NCBI GenBank assembly: GCA_937952265.1
Contig: CALFYW010000016.1
Span: 77,633 to 141,632 of the forward strand
From: an uncultured bacterium
GTDB taxonomy: Bacteria; Patescibacteriota; Minisyncoccia; Phycocordibacterales; GCA-2401445
Length of the DNA: 64,000 bases
Reading direction: 5' to 3'
The position numbers were made by a program, and so were the translations under genes. The notes below the pieces were generated by a model. The model made no database searches. It saw only the letters and a list, made by a program, of their open reading frames with translations, and was not told the origin of the DNA. Each line of letters opens with the position of its first letter. Position 1 is the first letter of the stretch. Positions 9,340 to 19,460 of this stretch are shown in pieces.

Positions 9340-11064
9340 ATGCTCTTACTCATCATCTCTTTCGTTGGTGGGGTACTTACCGTATTGGCGCCCTGTATTC
9401 TTCCGCTACTTCCTATTATCGTGGGCGGTTCTTTAGATGGTGGTGGAACAAACAAAAGAAAAGCATTTACGATCATTGCCGCGCTTGGTGTTTCGGTAAT
9501 TATTTTTACCCTACTCCTTAAAGCAAGCACAATCTTTATTGAAATACCAGAATACACATGGAAACTCATTTCAGGAAGTATTGTCATCCTTCTTGGTATC
9601 GTTACCATTTTCCCATCACTTTGGGAGAATCAACTTCTTGCAAAAATAAGCATACGCTCAAATATCCTCCTTGGAAAAGGAAATCAGAAAAACAACTTTT
9701 GGGGAAATGTAATTATTGGAGCTTCGCTTGGCCCAATTTTTTCAACTTGTAGCCCCACCTATTTTATCGTGCTCGCAAGCGTGCTCCCCGTAAACCCCGT
9801 ACTTGGAATGATTTACCTCCTTGCATTCACCCTTGGTCTCTGTTTGGCACTCTTAGTGGTTGCGCTCATCGGGCAAAAGATAATGAGCATCCTTGGTATT
9901 GCAGCCCACCCTCGAGGAACCTTTAAGCGTACTCTTGGCGTTATCTTTGTCTTGGTCGGTATTGCAATTTTAACTGGTGTTGATAAAAAAATCGAAACCG
10001 CGCTCCTTGATGCTGGCGTCTTTGACATCACTCAAATTGAACAAAAACTTCTCGAAACACGAAATGAAATACAAGATGAGGAGGCACCGGAAACTCCTTT
10101 CATCGATGCGTCAGGTGCCTATCTTGATATACCTGAAAAAGAGCGTCGTTTCTCGCGAGTACCAGAGATTAGTTCCCCTGACGCCTTTATCAACACACAA
10201 GGGAATCCTATCACCATTGCGTCCCTTGAAGGAAAAGTGGTACTTCTCGATATTTGGACATACAGCTGTATCAATTGCCAGCGCACGCTTCCCTACCTCA
10301 ATCAGTGGTATGAGAAATATCACGATCAAGGATTTGAGATTATCGGACTTCATACTCCAGAATTTGCATTTGAAAAATTACCTGAAAATGTAGAGCGCGC
10401 GGTTAAAAAATTTGAATTGAAATATCCGGTAGTCCTCGACAATGATTATTCAACATGGCGATCTCTTAAAAACCAATACTGGCCAAGAAAATACCTTATT
10501 GATATTGATGGTTTCATCATTTATGACCATATCGGCGAAGGAGCTTATGAGGAAACTGAACAAATGATCCAACACGCGCTCAAAGAACGGGCATCCCGAC
10601 TTGGAGAACAGGCACTGCATTTTGAAACTCCATTATCGAGCGAAAATAAGTCCGGCTCAACTATGGCCCGTAGCCCTGAGGTTTATTTTGGATCATCCCG
10701 AAATTCACTCCTTGAAAATGGAGTCCAGAGTACTACTGGGGAACAGAACTTCTCGCTTCCCAGAGAGGTAGCGCTCAATCGGCTCTACCTGAGTGGGTCG
10801 TGGCAGATCAATCCCGAGTATGCCCAAAACAAGGGCGCCGGAGAAATTGTGTTCCCCTACCACGCACGTGAGGTGCATATGGTTGCTGGATCAGAAGACC
10901 CAATCGAGATTGAGATATATCAGGATGATACATTTATCAAAACAGTCTCTATCAAAAATGAAGAACTCTACACGCTTATTAAAGATGGAGAATACGGGAC
11001 TCACCTTTTACGGATCAAAGTTCCAACAGAAGGCCTCAAAGCCTTTACGTTTACGTTTGGGTAA
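9340..11064 (+). CDS. CcdA/DsbD-type transmembrane electron-transfer domain fused to a TlpA/redoxin domain, plus about 200 aa C-terminal region of unknown function
   Basis: CcdA-like N-terminus with Cys in TM1 (LAPCILPLLP) and 'STCSPTYF'. Redoxin motif 'LLDIWTYSCINCQRTLPYL'. Confidence 0.65.
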   Translation: MLLLIISFVGGVLTVLAPCILPLLPIIVGGSLDGGGTNKRKAFTIIAALGVSVIIFTLLLKASTIFIEIPEYTWKLISGSIVILLGIVTIFPSLWENQLLAKISIRSNILLGKGNQKNNFWGNVIIGASLGPIFSTCSPTYFIVLASVLPVNPVLGMIYLLAFTLGLCLALLVVALIGQKIMSILGIAAHPRGTFKRTLGVIFVLVGIAILTGVDKKIETALLDAGVFDITQIEQKLLETRNEIQDEEAPETPFIDASGAYLDIPEKERRFSRVPEISSPDAFINTQGNPITIASLEGKVVLLDIWTYSCINCQRTLPYLNQWYEKYHDQGFEIIGLHTPEFAFEKLPENVERAVKKFELKYPVVLDNDYSTWRSLKNQYWPRKYLIDIDGFIIYDHIGEGAYEETEQMIQHALKERASRLGEQALHFETPLSSENKSGSTMARSPEVYFGSSRNSLLENGVQSTTGEQNFSLPREVALNRLYLSGSWQINPEYAQNKGAGEIVFPYHAREVHMVAGSEDPIEIEIYQDDTFIKTVSIKNEELYTLIKDGEYGTHLLRIKVPTEGLKAFTFTFG

Positions 11065-11067
11065 CAG

Positions 11068-11532
11068 TTATTCTCCCTGTAGACTTGAATTATTGAAGAC
11101 GTGGCTTCCTTCTTTTTTTCGCTTCTCACACCAACTATCGATTGCGAAACATCCTGGACCAGTGAAGACTAGCGAGAGAGCCGCCGCAAAGAGTATGAGC
11201 GCAAATTCATAGCCGTTATTTGAGACAAAAATTCCATTTGGAATATGCGCGAGGAAGATTGCGACCATCATATTTATTGCAATGAGTATACCCGCAAGTC
11301 TCGTGAGCGCACCAAGAATTAAGAGTATTCCGCCCACAAACTCAACGATAATAACGATCCACGCGAAGAAAAGCGGCATCGGAACTCCAAGAGACATCAA
11401 AAACAGAGCAAATCCCTCCGCACCAAATTCATTAAATTTTTGATACCCGTGCGCAATAAAGATAATTCCTAATGCAAGACGCAGTAACAGCAGACCTGCT
11501 CCACTACAATGATGTGAGATTTTTTGAAACAT
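11068..11532 (-). CDS. DoxX family membrane protein
   Basis: 'GLLLLRLALGIIFIAHGYQKF' DoxX signature; four predicted TM segments. Confidence 0.6.
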   Translation of the reverse strand: MFQKISHHCSGAGLLLLRLALGIIFIAHGYQKFNEFGAEGFALFLMSLGVPMPLFFAWIVIIVEFVGGILLILGALTRLAGILIAINMMVAIFLAHIPNGIFVSNNGYEFALILFAAALSLVFTGPGCFAIDSWCEKRKKEGSHVFNNSSLQGE

Positions 11533-11629
11533 AATTTTTAAAAAATGAGTAAAATAACACTCCTATAATACCATCCCTAGTCCAAAATATTCAAGAAAAG
11601 AAAATATATGCTATAATCCTAAGGATTTT

Positions 11630-13183
11630 ATGAAACAAATATTCTTACAACACCGAGTACTTTCCCTTACTGGGTTGGTCATTATTATCGGCATTATTGG
11701 ATTCGCAAGCGTTCGAAACGGAAATGATGTTCCGTATGAATTCGTTGAGGCAGAAAAGAGAGATATTGTACAGACCGTTAGCGTCACTGGGCGAGTTGAG
11801 CCATCGGATCAGCTCGAGCTTGCATTTGAGAGGACAAGTAGGATTGCTCGCCTTCCGGTTACCATTGGACAGGAAGTGACTCGGGGTATGGTTCTCGCAG
11901 AGATCGAAAACGGTGATATTCTAGCACAAGTTCTTCAAGCTGAGGCACAAGTAGAAGCGGCTGAAGCTGAGCTCGCGCAACTCGTCAGAGGAACACGACC
12001 AGAGGAGATTAGTGTGCAGGAAGCGGTAATAGTCAAATCAACTATTGCGTTTGAGGATGCCCAATTTGCAGTTATCAACGCGCTCGAAGATGCCTATACG
12101 ACTGCCGATGATGCCGTGCGAAACAAAGTAGACCAATTCATTAGTAATCCAAGAAGTAGCCTTCCTCAAATTAATTTTTCAGTAAGTGATAACACGCTCA
12201 AAACTAAAATCCAAAACACTCGACCGAGCATTGAGTCGCGACTCTCTTCCTGGAGAGGTTCACTCAATACCTTAACGGTGAATAATAATCTCCCCGGCGC
12301 GCTTCAGGATGCAACATCTCACTTACGCGCAATTAAACTTTTTCTCAATGATGTGTCTCTTGCCGTCAACGCACTTGAGGCAGGCGCTTTTTCACAGACT
12401 ACCATTGATGGGTATCGAAGCGACGTATTCACAGCTCGAGGAGCAATTGATACCAGCATTGGTTCAATTGCTGACGTTGGGGAAAATCTTCGAACTACTG
12501 AAGCCGCGCTTGCGCTTGAAAAGGAAGAATTAGCGCTAAAAAAAGCGGGTTCAACGCTTGAAGATATCCGAATACAAGAAGCTAAAGTGGCCGATGCTCG
12601 GAGCAGTGTTCGTCGCTATCAGGCTGATTTTGCAAAGACAGTACTCCGTGCGCCAATTAACGGTATCATCGCAAAACGTGAAGCTGAGGTTGGAGAAATC
12701 GTTCCCGCGCAAACTACCGTCGTAGTGCTTGTGTCTCCCCAGACCTTTACCATCACTACTGATGTGCCTGAAGCGGACATTACTAAAATTGCGGTTGGCG
12801 ATACTGCCCACGTTACACTCGATGCGTATGACCGTGACGTGATCTTTAATGCCACCGTTACACACATTGATCCCACGGAGACAATTATTGATGGGGTTCC
12901 GACTTACGAAACACTGCTTGCATTCACTGAACCAGACCCACGGATTAAATCAGGAATGACCGCAAATATCGATATCAACACTGCGGAAAAGAAACAGACT
13001 ATTGCAGTTCCGCAACGAGCAATCATTTGGAGCGATACCCAAAGAGAGGTTCGCATTCTCACACCAGAGAACACCATACGCCTCCAACCCGTTACCACGG
13101 GTATTCGTGGATCAGACGGGTACATTGAGATACTTGATGGTATTATTGAAGGTGATCGAGTTATCACTTTCATCAAAGAATAA
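11630..13183 (+). CDS. HlyD/MacA-family periplasmic adaptor (membrane fusion protein)
   Basis: N-terminal TM anchor, long coiled-coil (AEAQVEAAEAELAQL), beta-barrel/lipoyl-like C-terminus. Immediately upstream of an ABC ATPase and permease. Confidence 0.7.
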   Translation: MKQIFLQHRVLSLTGLVIIIGIIGFASVRNGNDVPYEFVEAEKRDIVQTVSVTGRVEPSDQLELAFERTSRIARLPVTIGQEVTRGMVLAEIENGDILAQVLQAEAQVEAAEAELAQLVRGTRPEEISVQEAVIVKSTIAFEDAQFAVINALEDAYTTADDAVRNKVDQFISNPRSSLPQINFSVSDNTLKTKIQNTRPSIESRLSSWRGSLNTLTVNNNLPGALQDATSHLRAIKLFLNDVSLAVNALEAGAFSQTTIDGYRSDVFTARGAIDTSIGSIADVGENLRTTEAALALEKEELALKKAGSTLEDIRIQEAKVADARSSVRRYQADFAKTVLRAPINGIIAKREAEVGEIVPAQTTVVVLVSPQTFTITTDVPEADITKIAVGDTAHVTLDAYDRDVIFNATVTHIDPTETIIDGVPTYETLLAFTEPDPRIKSGMTANIDINTAEKKQTIAVPQRAIIWSDTQREVRILTPENTIRLQPVTTGIRGSDGYIEILDGIIEGDRVITFIKE

Positions 13184-13893
13184 TGTCTGCTCTCATTGAA
13201 GTAGAAAACCTTAAAAAACAATACCCTGATGGCACACAAGCGCTCCGTGGCGTCTCACTTTCTATTACTAAAGGAGAGTTCATCGCTATTATGGGCCCAT
13301 CAGGATCTGGAAAATCAACTCTGCTTCATATTATCGGCTTTTTAGACAATCAAACAGATGGCCTTTTCCGTTTTGATGGAAAACTAAATACTGACTATCT
13401 CCCTCATGAAGTAGCAAAATTAAGAAACAGTAGAGTGGGTTTTGTATTTCAGATGTTTAATCTCCTTCCCCGCACCACCGTGCTTGATAACGTGCTTTTA
13501 CCCCTCCTTTATTCGGACATACCTGAAAAGGAATGGAGGCCACGTGCTACGAAAGCAATCGAATCGGTGGGACTCTCACATCGAATGACTCATGAAAACT
13601 CCGAGCTTTCAGGCGGAGAGCGCCAACGTGTTGCCATTGCGCGCGCGTTAGTGAATCAGCCAGAAATTATTTTTGCTGATGAACCAACAGGAAACCTCGA
13701 TTCAAAATCAGGACAAGGTGTGATGAAGATACTGGAAAATTTAAATGACGAAGGGCATACCGTGGTTCTGATTACGCACGAGACATACACCGCGGAACAT
13801 GCGGAACGGATCATTCGCCTTCATGATGGAACCATTGCAGAAGACGGATCCGTTAAAAAACGCCGTCGTGCGAATGATTCTTTTGTTAAATAA
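13183..13893 (+). CDS. ABC transporter ATP-binding protein (MacB/LolD-like)
   Basis: Walker A 'GPSGSGKSTLLHII', signature 'LSGGERQRVAIARAL', Walker B 'IIFADEPTGNLD'. Confidence 0.9.
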   Translation: MSALIEVENLKKQYPDGTQALRGVSLSITKGEFIAIMGPSGSGKSTLLHIIGFLDNQTDGLFRFDGKLNTDYLPHEVAKLRNSRVGFVFQMFNLLPRTTVLDNVLLPLLYSDIPEKEWRPRATKAIESVGLSHRMTHENSELSGGERQRVAIARALVNQPEIIFADEPTGNLDSKSGQGVMKILENLNDEGHTVVLITHETYTAEHAERIIRLHDGTIAEDGSVKKRRRANDSFVK

Positions 13894-13895
13894 CT

Positions 13896-15140
13896 ATGCG
13901 TCTCAAATATCAAATAAGAACAGCCCTTATTGGACTTCAAACGAATAAAACCCGTTCAGCACTTACCATACTTGGTATCGTCATCGGTATTACGGCAATC
14001 ATGCTTATTATGTCGATTGGTAAAGGTGCTGAAAAACTCATTCTCGATGAAATTAGCGGGCTCGGAGCAGAAACTATTGTGGTTCGCCCGGGGAAAGAGC
14101 CCACCGGCCCGACTGATTTTGCTGATACCCTTTTTGCGGATTCGCTCAAATCTCGAGATCTTGAATTGCTTACCCGAAGCGCAAATGTACCTGATCTAGT
14201 TGACGCAATGCCGATCATTGTGGTTCCTGCAAATGTAAGCTACGAAGGAGAAACCTATCGACCTGACATTTTTGGAGGATCGGCCGAGTTTTTTGCACAG
14301 GCATTTAACATCTTTCCAGAGCGAGGAACCGCATTTGGTGAGAATGAAATACGCGCCCAAGCTCGAATTGCCGTAATTGGTTCAAAGGTTAAGGAAGAAC
14401 TTTTTGGTACTCAAGATGCCCTTGGCGAGCAAATCCGCATCAAAGATCAGAAGTTTAGAGTTACGGGAGTGCTTCCAGAAAAAGGTCAGGTTGCTTTTTT
14501 AAATTTTGATAAGACGATCATTATTCCCTACACCGCAGCCCAACAGTATCTCCTTGGTATTGACCATTTCCATGAAATTATTATTAAAACAACCGGACCC
14601 GATGTGGTTGATCGAGCTGTTCATGATGTTGAGGCAACCTTGCGAGAATCTCATAATATTACCGATCCAAGTAAGGATGATTTCTTTGTGGTCACTCAAG
14701 AAGGCGTGGTAAGACAAATTCAAACTATTATCAGTACCCTGACGGTATTTCTTACGTCAGTTGTTGCGATCTCGTTGGTGGTTGGAGGTATTGGTATTAT
14801 GAATATTATGCTGGTCTCCGTTACTGAACGAACTCGAGAAATTGGCCTTCGAAAAGCCCTCGGAGCTACGGAACAGAACATCAAAAATCAATTCCTTATC
14901 GAGGCAATACTGCTTACCAGTGTTGGAGGTGTTATTGGCATTATGCTTGGAATCGCTCTTTCTCTCGGAGTATCAATACTCCTGCGAACCGCAACAAGCA
15001 TTTCCTGGAGCTTTATGTTCCCAATTTCTGCGGTCTTGCTCGGTGTAGCAGTCTCTGGAGGTATTGGGCTTATCTTTGGTTACTATCCAGCAAAACGCGC
15101 GGCTGCCAAAAGCCCCATTGAGGCACTTCGCTACGAATAA
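13896..15140 (+). CDS. ABC transporter permease, FtsX/MacB-type
   Basis: N-terminal TM, large periplasmic domain, C-terminal 3-TM FtsX-like domain; 414 aa. Confidence 0.8.
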   Translation: MRLKYQIRTALIGLQTNKTRSALTILGIVIGITAIMLIMSIGKGAEKLILDEISGLGAETIVVRPGKEPTGPTDFADTLFADSLKSRDLELLTRSANVPDLVDAMPIIVVPANVSYEGETYRPDIFGGSAEFFAQAFNIFPERGTAFGENEIRAQARIAVIGSKVKEELFGTQDALGEQIRIKDQKFRVTGVLPEKGQVAFLNFDKTIIIPYTAAQQYLLGIDHFHEIIIKTTGPDVVDRAVHDVEATLRESHNITDPSKDDFFVVTQEGVVRQIQTIISTLTVFLTSVVAISLVVGGIGIMNIMLVSVTERTREIGLRKALGATEQNIKNQFLIEAILLTSVGGVIGIMLGIALSLGVSILLRTATSISWSFMFPISAVLLGVAVSGGIGLIFGYYPAKRAAAKSPIEALRYE

Positions 15141-15176
15141 GCATAGGTATCCCTTACGTCGTGTGCTATATTAAGA

Positions 15177-16178
15177 GTGTTAAGCGATATGTTGATTAAA
15201 AAAATTCTCCACGAATTAAACATCGTTGCGCAATGTAGACGAATGCGCGTGAGTATTTGGTCCTGCCCGCAGTTTATTTTCATTGTCATGGGAATCGTCA
15301 TTATCGCTACGATCTTAGTCACCTTCAATGTGGCCCAACGATACGCTGAGATTGAGGTGGTTGTTGCGATTATTATCTTTTTAACTGTCTTTCTTTTCAT
15401 TGTCTCTTATGTAGTGGTTCGTTCATTTGAACAAGTAGTAACCGTAAGCCAGCTTAATTATGAACATGCGCAAAAAATTATTAAACTCAAAGATCAATTT
15501 GTCTTTATTGCCGCTCATGAGCTTAAAACTCCGGTTACCGCACTCACCTGGAGCCTTAATGAGTTGGAATCTGAGAAAAACATATTAACCAAAGAAGAAA
15601 AGTCGCGATTGATCCAGGGAATGCGGGAGACGAGTAAGCGCCTCGGCGTTTTAATCAAAGATATTCTTCAAACCGCACGACTTGACGGGCAAATTGGGGA
15701 GACCCCGCTCGAGCCAGTAGGAATTCATGAGATGTTCCGAGAAACACATGAGGATCTTCGCTCATTGATAGAAGAACATAAAGTCAAGTTTACGAACAAT
15801 CTCCCATCAGACCTTCCACAGGTATTAGGAAACCCATCGCGAGTCAAAGAAGTTATGTCTAACCTCGTATCAAATGCGATTAAATACAGCGATCCTTCAC
15901 ACGGAGAGGTTGTGATCGAAGCTACTGAAAAAGAAAATCGCGTTATTATTGGGGTAAGCAATAATGGGCAAGGAATTTCTGATAGAGACAAGCCTTATAT
16001 TTTCCAAAAATTCTGGAGGTCTCCTTCAACAAAGGAGAAGGTTGAAGGGACTGGGCTAGGACTCTTTCTTGTTAAACAACTTATTACGCTAATGAATGGA
16101 GAAGTGTGGTTCGACTCAATGAAAGGAAAGACGACCTTCTATTTTTCACTCGTGAAGGCAGACAAGCCTCGTTTTTAA
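15177..16178 (+). CDS. Sensor histidine kinase
   Basis: H-box 'FIAAHELKTPVTAL', N-box 'NLVSNAIKYS', G2 'GTGLGLFLVKQL'. Confidence 0.8.
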   Translation: MLSDMLIKKILHELNIVAQCRRMRVSIWSCPQFIFIVMGIVIIATILVTFNVAQRYAEIEVVVAIIIFLTVFLFIVSYVVVRSFEQVVTVSQLNYEHAQKIIKLKDQFVFIAAHELKTPVTALTWSLNELESEKNILTKEEKSRLIQGMRETSKRLGVLIKDILQTARLDGQIGETPLEPVGIHEMFRETHEDLRSLIEEHKVKFTNNLPSDLPQVLGNPSRVKEVMSNLVSNAIKYSDPSHGEVVIEATEKENRVIIGVSNNGQGISDRDKPYIFQKFWRSPSTKEKVEGTGLGLFLVKQLITLMNGEVWFDSMKGKTTFYFSLVKADKPRF

Positions 16179-17843
16179 CTATTTCGTTTTTCTACTTTTC
16201 TGATACTTAAAGGCCGCGGTAATGAAGGCGTTAAAAAGTGGGTGCGGCACAAGGGGTCGTGATTGAAATTCTGGATGAAATTGGGTCCCTAGAAAAAACG
16301 GATGTTCTTTTTCAGGAAGTTCCGCAATTTCCATAAGCTCCCCATTAGGGGATTTTCCAGAAAACACGAGCCCCGCATCAGTTAACGATGCGATATACTC
16401 TGGATTAACTTCAAAACGATGTCGATGCCGTTCACTGACTTGCGTTTTTTGATATGCTCGATGCGCAATACTCGAAGGAGCAATATGGGCGGTATATGCA
16501 CCAAGGCGCATGGTGCCCCCATACTGCCCTAAATCCATATGCTTCTTTTGATCAAGCAAGAGAGCGATAATAGGATGTTTTGTCTTTGGATCAATCTCGA
16601 CTGTATGCGCACCCTTTAACCCCAACACATTCCTCGCGTACTCAATGACCAAAAGCTGCATTCCGTAACAAAGTCCGAAATAAGGTATTTTTTGTTTACG
16701 TGCGTAATTAATCACTGCTAATTTACCCTCAATACCACTCTCTCCAAATCCACCGGGAACCAAGATTCCATCATACTGTGTAAGTGTTGAAAGATGCTGT
16801 TTCTTTTCAAAATCCTTGGCATTTAACCAATGAATCACGGGTTTAACTCCTTGCGCATATGAAGAGTATTTAATAGCCTCAATGACTGAAATATACGCAT
16901 CAGAGAGCATAAAATCCCCTGTATCAAAATATTTTCCTACTATCGCGATTGCCACCTCTTTTTTAGCGTTACGCATGCTATCGACAAAACGCTTCCATTG
17001 TGGAAGCTCGGGTTTGGCGTGTTTCGGACGTAGTTTGAGTCGATCAAGAATCCCCTGTGCTAAATGGTCACGCTCAAAATTAAGTGGTACTTCATATACA
17101 CTTTCAATGTCAGGAGCCGAGATGACAAATTCAGGAGAAAGACTACACGCGATTGCGATCTTCTCTTTCCTTTTTCTATCGAGTGGCCGCTGACTTCGGG
17201 CAAGAATAATATCTGGTTGTACTCCGTAGGAATTAAGTGCCCGAACTGCATTTTGTGTTGGACGGGTCTTCATTTCTCCTAAATTCCCTGGAACCGGAAG
17301 ATAGCTCACCATAATAAAAAGCACATCATCAGGGTGTTTTACTTTGAGTACTCGCGCCGCTTCGATAAAAAGCACGTTCTGATAATCACCAATCGTCCCT
17401 CCGATCTCAACAACCGACACTTTTGACCCATTAATCGCCGCGGCGTCTTCAATACGACGGATGATTTCATCCCGAATATCAGGAATTGCTTCAACACATT
17501 TTCCCCGATATCCCAGACTTCGTTCGCGCTCAATCACCGTTCGATACACCATACCGCTCGTGATATAATCCTGTGGCTCTAAATCCTTATTCAAAAATCG
17601 CTCGTAGTTTCCCATATCCTGATCACACTCAAGACCGGAGCGTAAAACAAAAACCTCGCCGTGTTCGGTGGGGTTCATGGTTCCCGCGTCTACATTAAGA
17701 TACGGATCAATTTTGATGAGATTAATCGGCAATCCGTGTGATTGGAGTATTTTTCCAATGGATGCCGTAGCAATGCCTTTACCTACACCAGACATCACGC
17801 CACCCACCACAAAAATATACTTAGGCCTCTTTTTATTCCGCAT
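16179..17843 (-). CDS. pyrG: CTP synthase
   Basis: 'YIFVVGGVMSGVGKGIATASIG' plus C-terminal glutamine amidotransferase 'GLCYGMQL'. Confidence 0.95.
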   Translation of the reverse strand: MRNKKRPKYIFVVGGVMSGVGKGIATASIGKILQSHGLPINLIKIDPYLNVDAGTMNPTEHGEVFVLRSGLECDQDMGNYERFLNKDLEPQDYITSGMVYRTVIERERSLGYRGKCVEAIPDIRDEIIRRIEDAAAINGSKVSVVEIGGTIGDYQNVLFIEAARVLKVKHPDDVLFIMVSYLPVPGNLGEMKTRPTQNAVRALNSYGVQPDIILARSQRPLDRKRKEKIAIACSLSPEFVISAPDIESVYEVPLNFERDHLAQGILDRLKLRPKHAKPELPQWKRFVDSMRNAKKEVAIAIVGKYFDTGDFMLSDAYISVIEAIKYSSYAQGVKPVIHWLNAKDFEKKQHLSTLTQYDGILVPGGFGESGIEGKLAVINYARKQKIPYFGLCYGMQLLVIEYARNVLGLKGAHTVEIDPKTKHPIIALLLDQKKHMDLGQYGGTMRLGAYTAHIAPSSIAHRAYQKTQVSERHRHRFEVNPEYIASLTDAGLVFSGKSPNGELMEIAELPEKEHPFFLGTQFHPEFQSRPLVPHPLFNAFITAAFKYQKSRKTK

Positions 17844-17849
17844 AGCCCA

Positions 17850-18773
17850 TTATACTTTAAGGTATCTCCGAACTGCAAGATAACTTGAAATCGCACCCAA
17901 GAGCACCCCGCCGCAAACAATCACCAAAAAGAGGATGCCGATATGGGACATATAATACGTAAAGAGGTTTAGTCCAGAAAAGAAATGTTCGCTTCGGGGC
18001 CCAAGCCAGAAAGTGATTGGATAAAAGACCAGCAAAGTCAGGATACCCGCCGCAAATCCATACATCATACCCCCCACCACAAACGGTCCGCGTACATACA
18101 TGGTGCTTGCCCCGACTAAGCGCATAACCGCAATTTCTTCACGGGAAATATAAATCACCAAACGAATGGTGTTGAACGTAATCAATACCGACATCGCTAC
18201 AAAGACAAGTGCTACCGCAACACTAAATGTTTTGACGGTATCAATGATGCGCGTGAGTCGAGTAATAACAATTTGGTTATCGAAATAGTTACTATCATCA
18301 ATAATTGAAATACCACTCTCGTCACGAGGTGCGTTCTCATCAAGGAACGTGGCAATCTGCTCATATTGTGAGGTTTCCTGTGCTCGAATGTTAAATACTG
18401 CTCGAAGGGGATTCTCTCCAAGGAGCTCAAGCGCCTGAAGAGTTGTTTGGTCATCTCTGAAACGATCATGGAATGCCTCAAGCACCTGATCACGATTCTG
18501 ATATTCAACTGAGAGGATCTCCGGAAGTGCTTCAAGAGAACGTTTGAAACTAAGAATGTCCTCCTCAAGCGCGGTGGTAACAAAATAGACATTGATATCA
18601 ACCTTACTCTGCACCTCTTCGAGCGCAGAGTTGAGGAGTGTGCTCATAAACATGATACCCCCAATAACCATGAGCGTGGTGGTCATCACAAGCACCGTCG
18701 AAAATGAGACGAAACCATTACGCCAAAAATTTACAAAACCCGATCTAATAACACGTTTAAATGAATTCCACAT
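17850..18773 (-). CDS. ftsX: Cell-division ABC transporter permease FtsX
   Basis: Four-TM FtsX architecture directly downstream of ftsE. Confidence 0.8.
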   Translation of the reverse strand: MWNSFKRVIRSGFVNFWRNGFVSFSTVLVMTTTLMVIGGIMFMSTLLNSALEEVQSKVDINVYFVTTALEEDILSFKRSLEALPEILSVEYQNRDQVLEAFHDRFRDDQTTLQALELLGENPLRAVFNIRAQETSQYEQIATFLDENAPRDESGISIIDDSNYFDNQIVITRLTRIIDTVKTFSVAVALVFVAMSVLITFNTIRLVIYISREEIAVMRLVGASTMYVRGPFVVGGMMYGFAAGILTLLVFYPITFWLGPRSEHFFSGLNLFTYYMSHIGILFLVIVCGGVLLGAISSYLAVRRYLKV

Positions 18774-18778
18774 AATAC

Positions 18779-19459
18779 TTATAACATATACTGCCCTTCC
18801 CGATCATCGCGAACAATACGACCTCGATCCATGGTAATTACTCGACGCTTAATTGAATCAATCACCCCTTTATTGTGAGTGGTTAAGATAACCGTGGTAC
18901 CGAGATCATTTATTTTTTTCAAAATCTGCACCACTTCATACGTGTTGATCGGATCGAGATTCCCTGTTGGCTCATCCGCAATAACAATATCTGGCTGATT
19001 TACAATCGCCCGCGCGATGGCGACACGTTGGCGCTCTCCACCTGAAAGTTCGTGCGGAAAATTCCAAATCTTATCACTGAGATCAACCAAATCAAGGACG
19101 TACGGTACATCCGATTCAATTTCCTCGTCTCGCTTCCCTGCAACCTCCATAGCAAATGCAATATTCTCGTATGCGGTTTTATTCGGAAGTAGACGAAAAT
19201 CCTGAAACACGGTTCCAACCCGTTGCCGAATCTTCGTAATTTCATTTCGTTCAAGTTCGTGGATATTCAAAGACTCAAAAAAAACGGCTCCCGTGGTTGG
19301 CCGATCTTCCGCAAGAATCATTTTTAAGAGTGTGGTCTTTCCAGCTCCAGAATGCCCTACCACGGAGATAAATTCCTTAGGTTCAATAGAGAAACTCACT
19401 CCATCAAGCGCGGCAGAGTTATCACTATATACCTTTGAAACATTATCAAAATAGATCAT
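18779..19459 (-). CDS. ftsE: Cell-division ATP-binding protein FtsE. Start moved to the internal Met (MIYFDNVSKVY) to remove an 80-nt overlap with prfB
   Basis: Walker A 'GHSGAGKTTLLK', 'LSGGERQRVAIARA', Walker B 'IVIADEPTGNLD'. Confidence 0.85.
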   Translation of the reverse strand: MIYFDNVSKVYSDNSAALDGVSFSIEPKEFISVVGHSGAGKTTLLKMILAEDRPTTGAVFFESLNIHELERNEITKIRQRVGTVFQDFRLLPNKTAYENIAFAMEVAGKRDEEIESDVPYVLDLVDLSDKIWNFPHELSGGERQRVAIARAIVNQPDIVIADEPTGNLDPINTYEVVQILKKINDLGTTVILTTHNKGVIDSIKRRVITMDRGRIVRDDREGQYML

Positions 19460-19460
19460 A

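Noticed and set aside
16882-17533. Several 60-100-aa ORFs antisense to pyrG and to other housekeeping genes throughout the window
   Set aside because: They lie inside well-supported long CDSs on the opposite strand and lack an RBS or homology; they are typical shadow ORFs.
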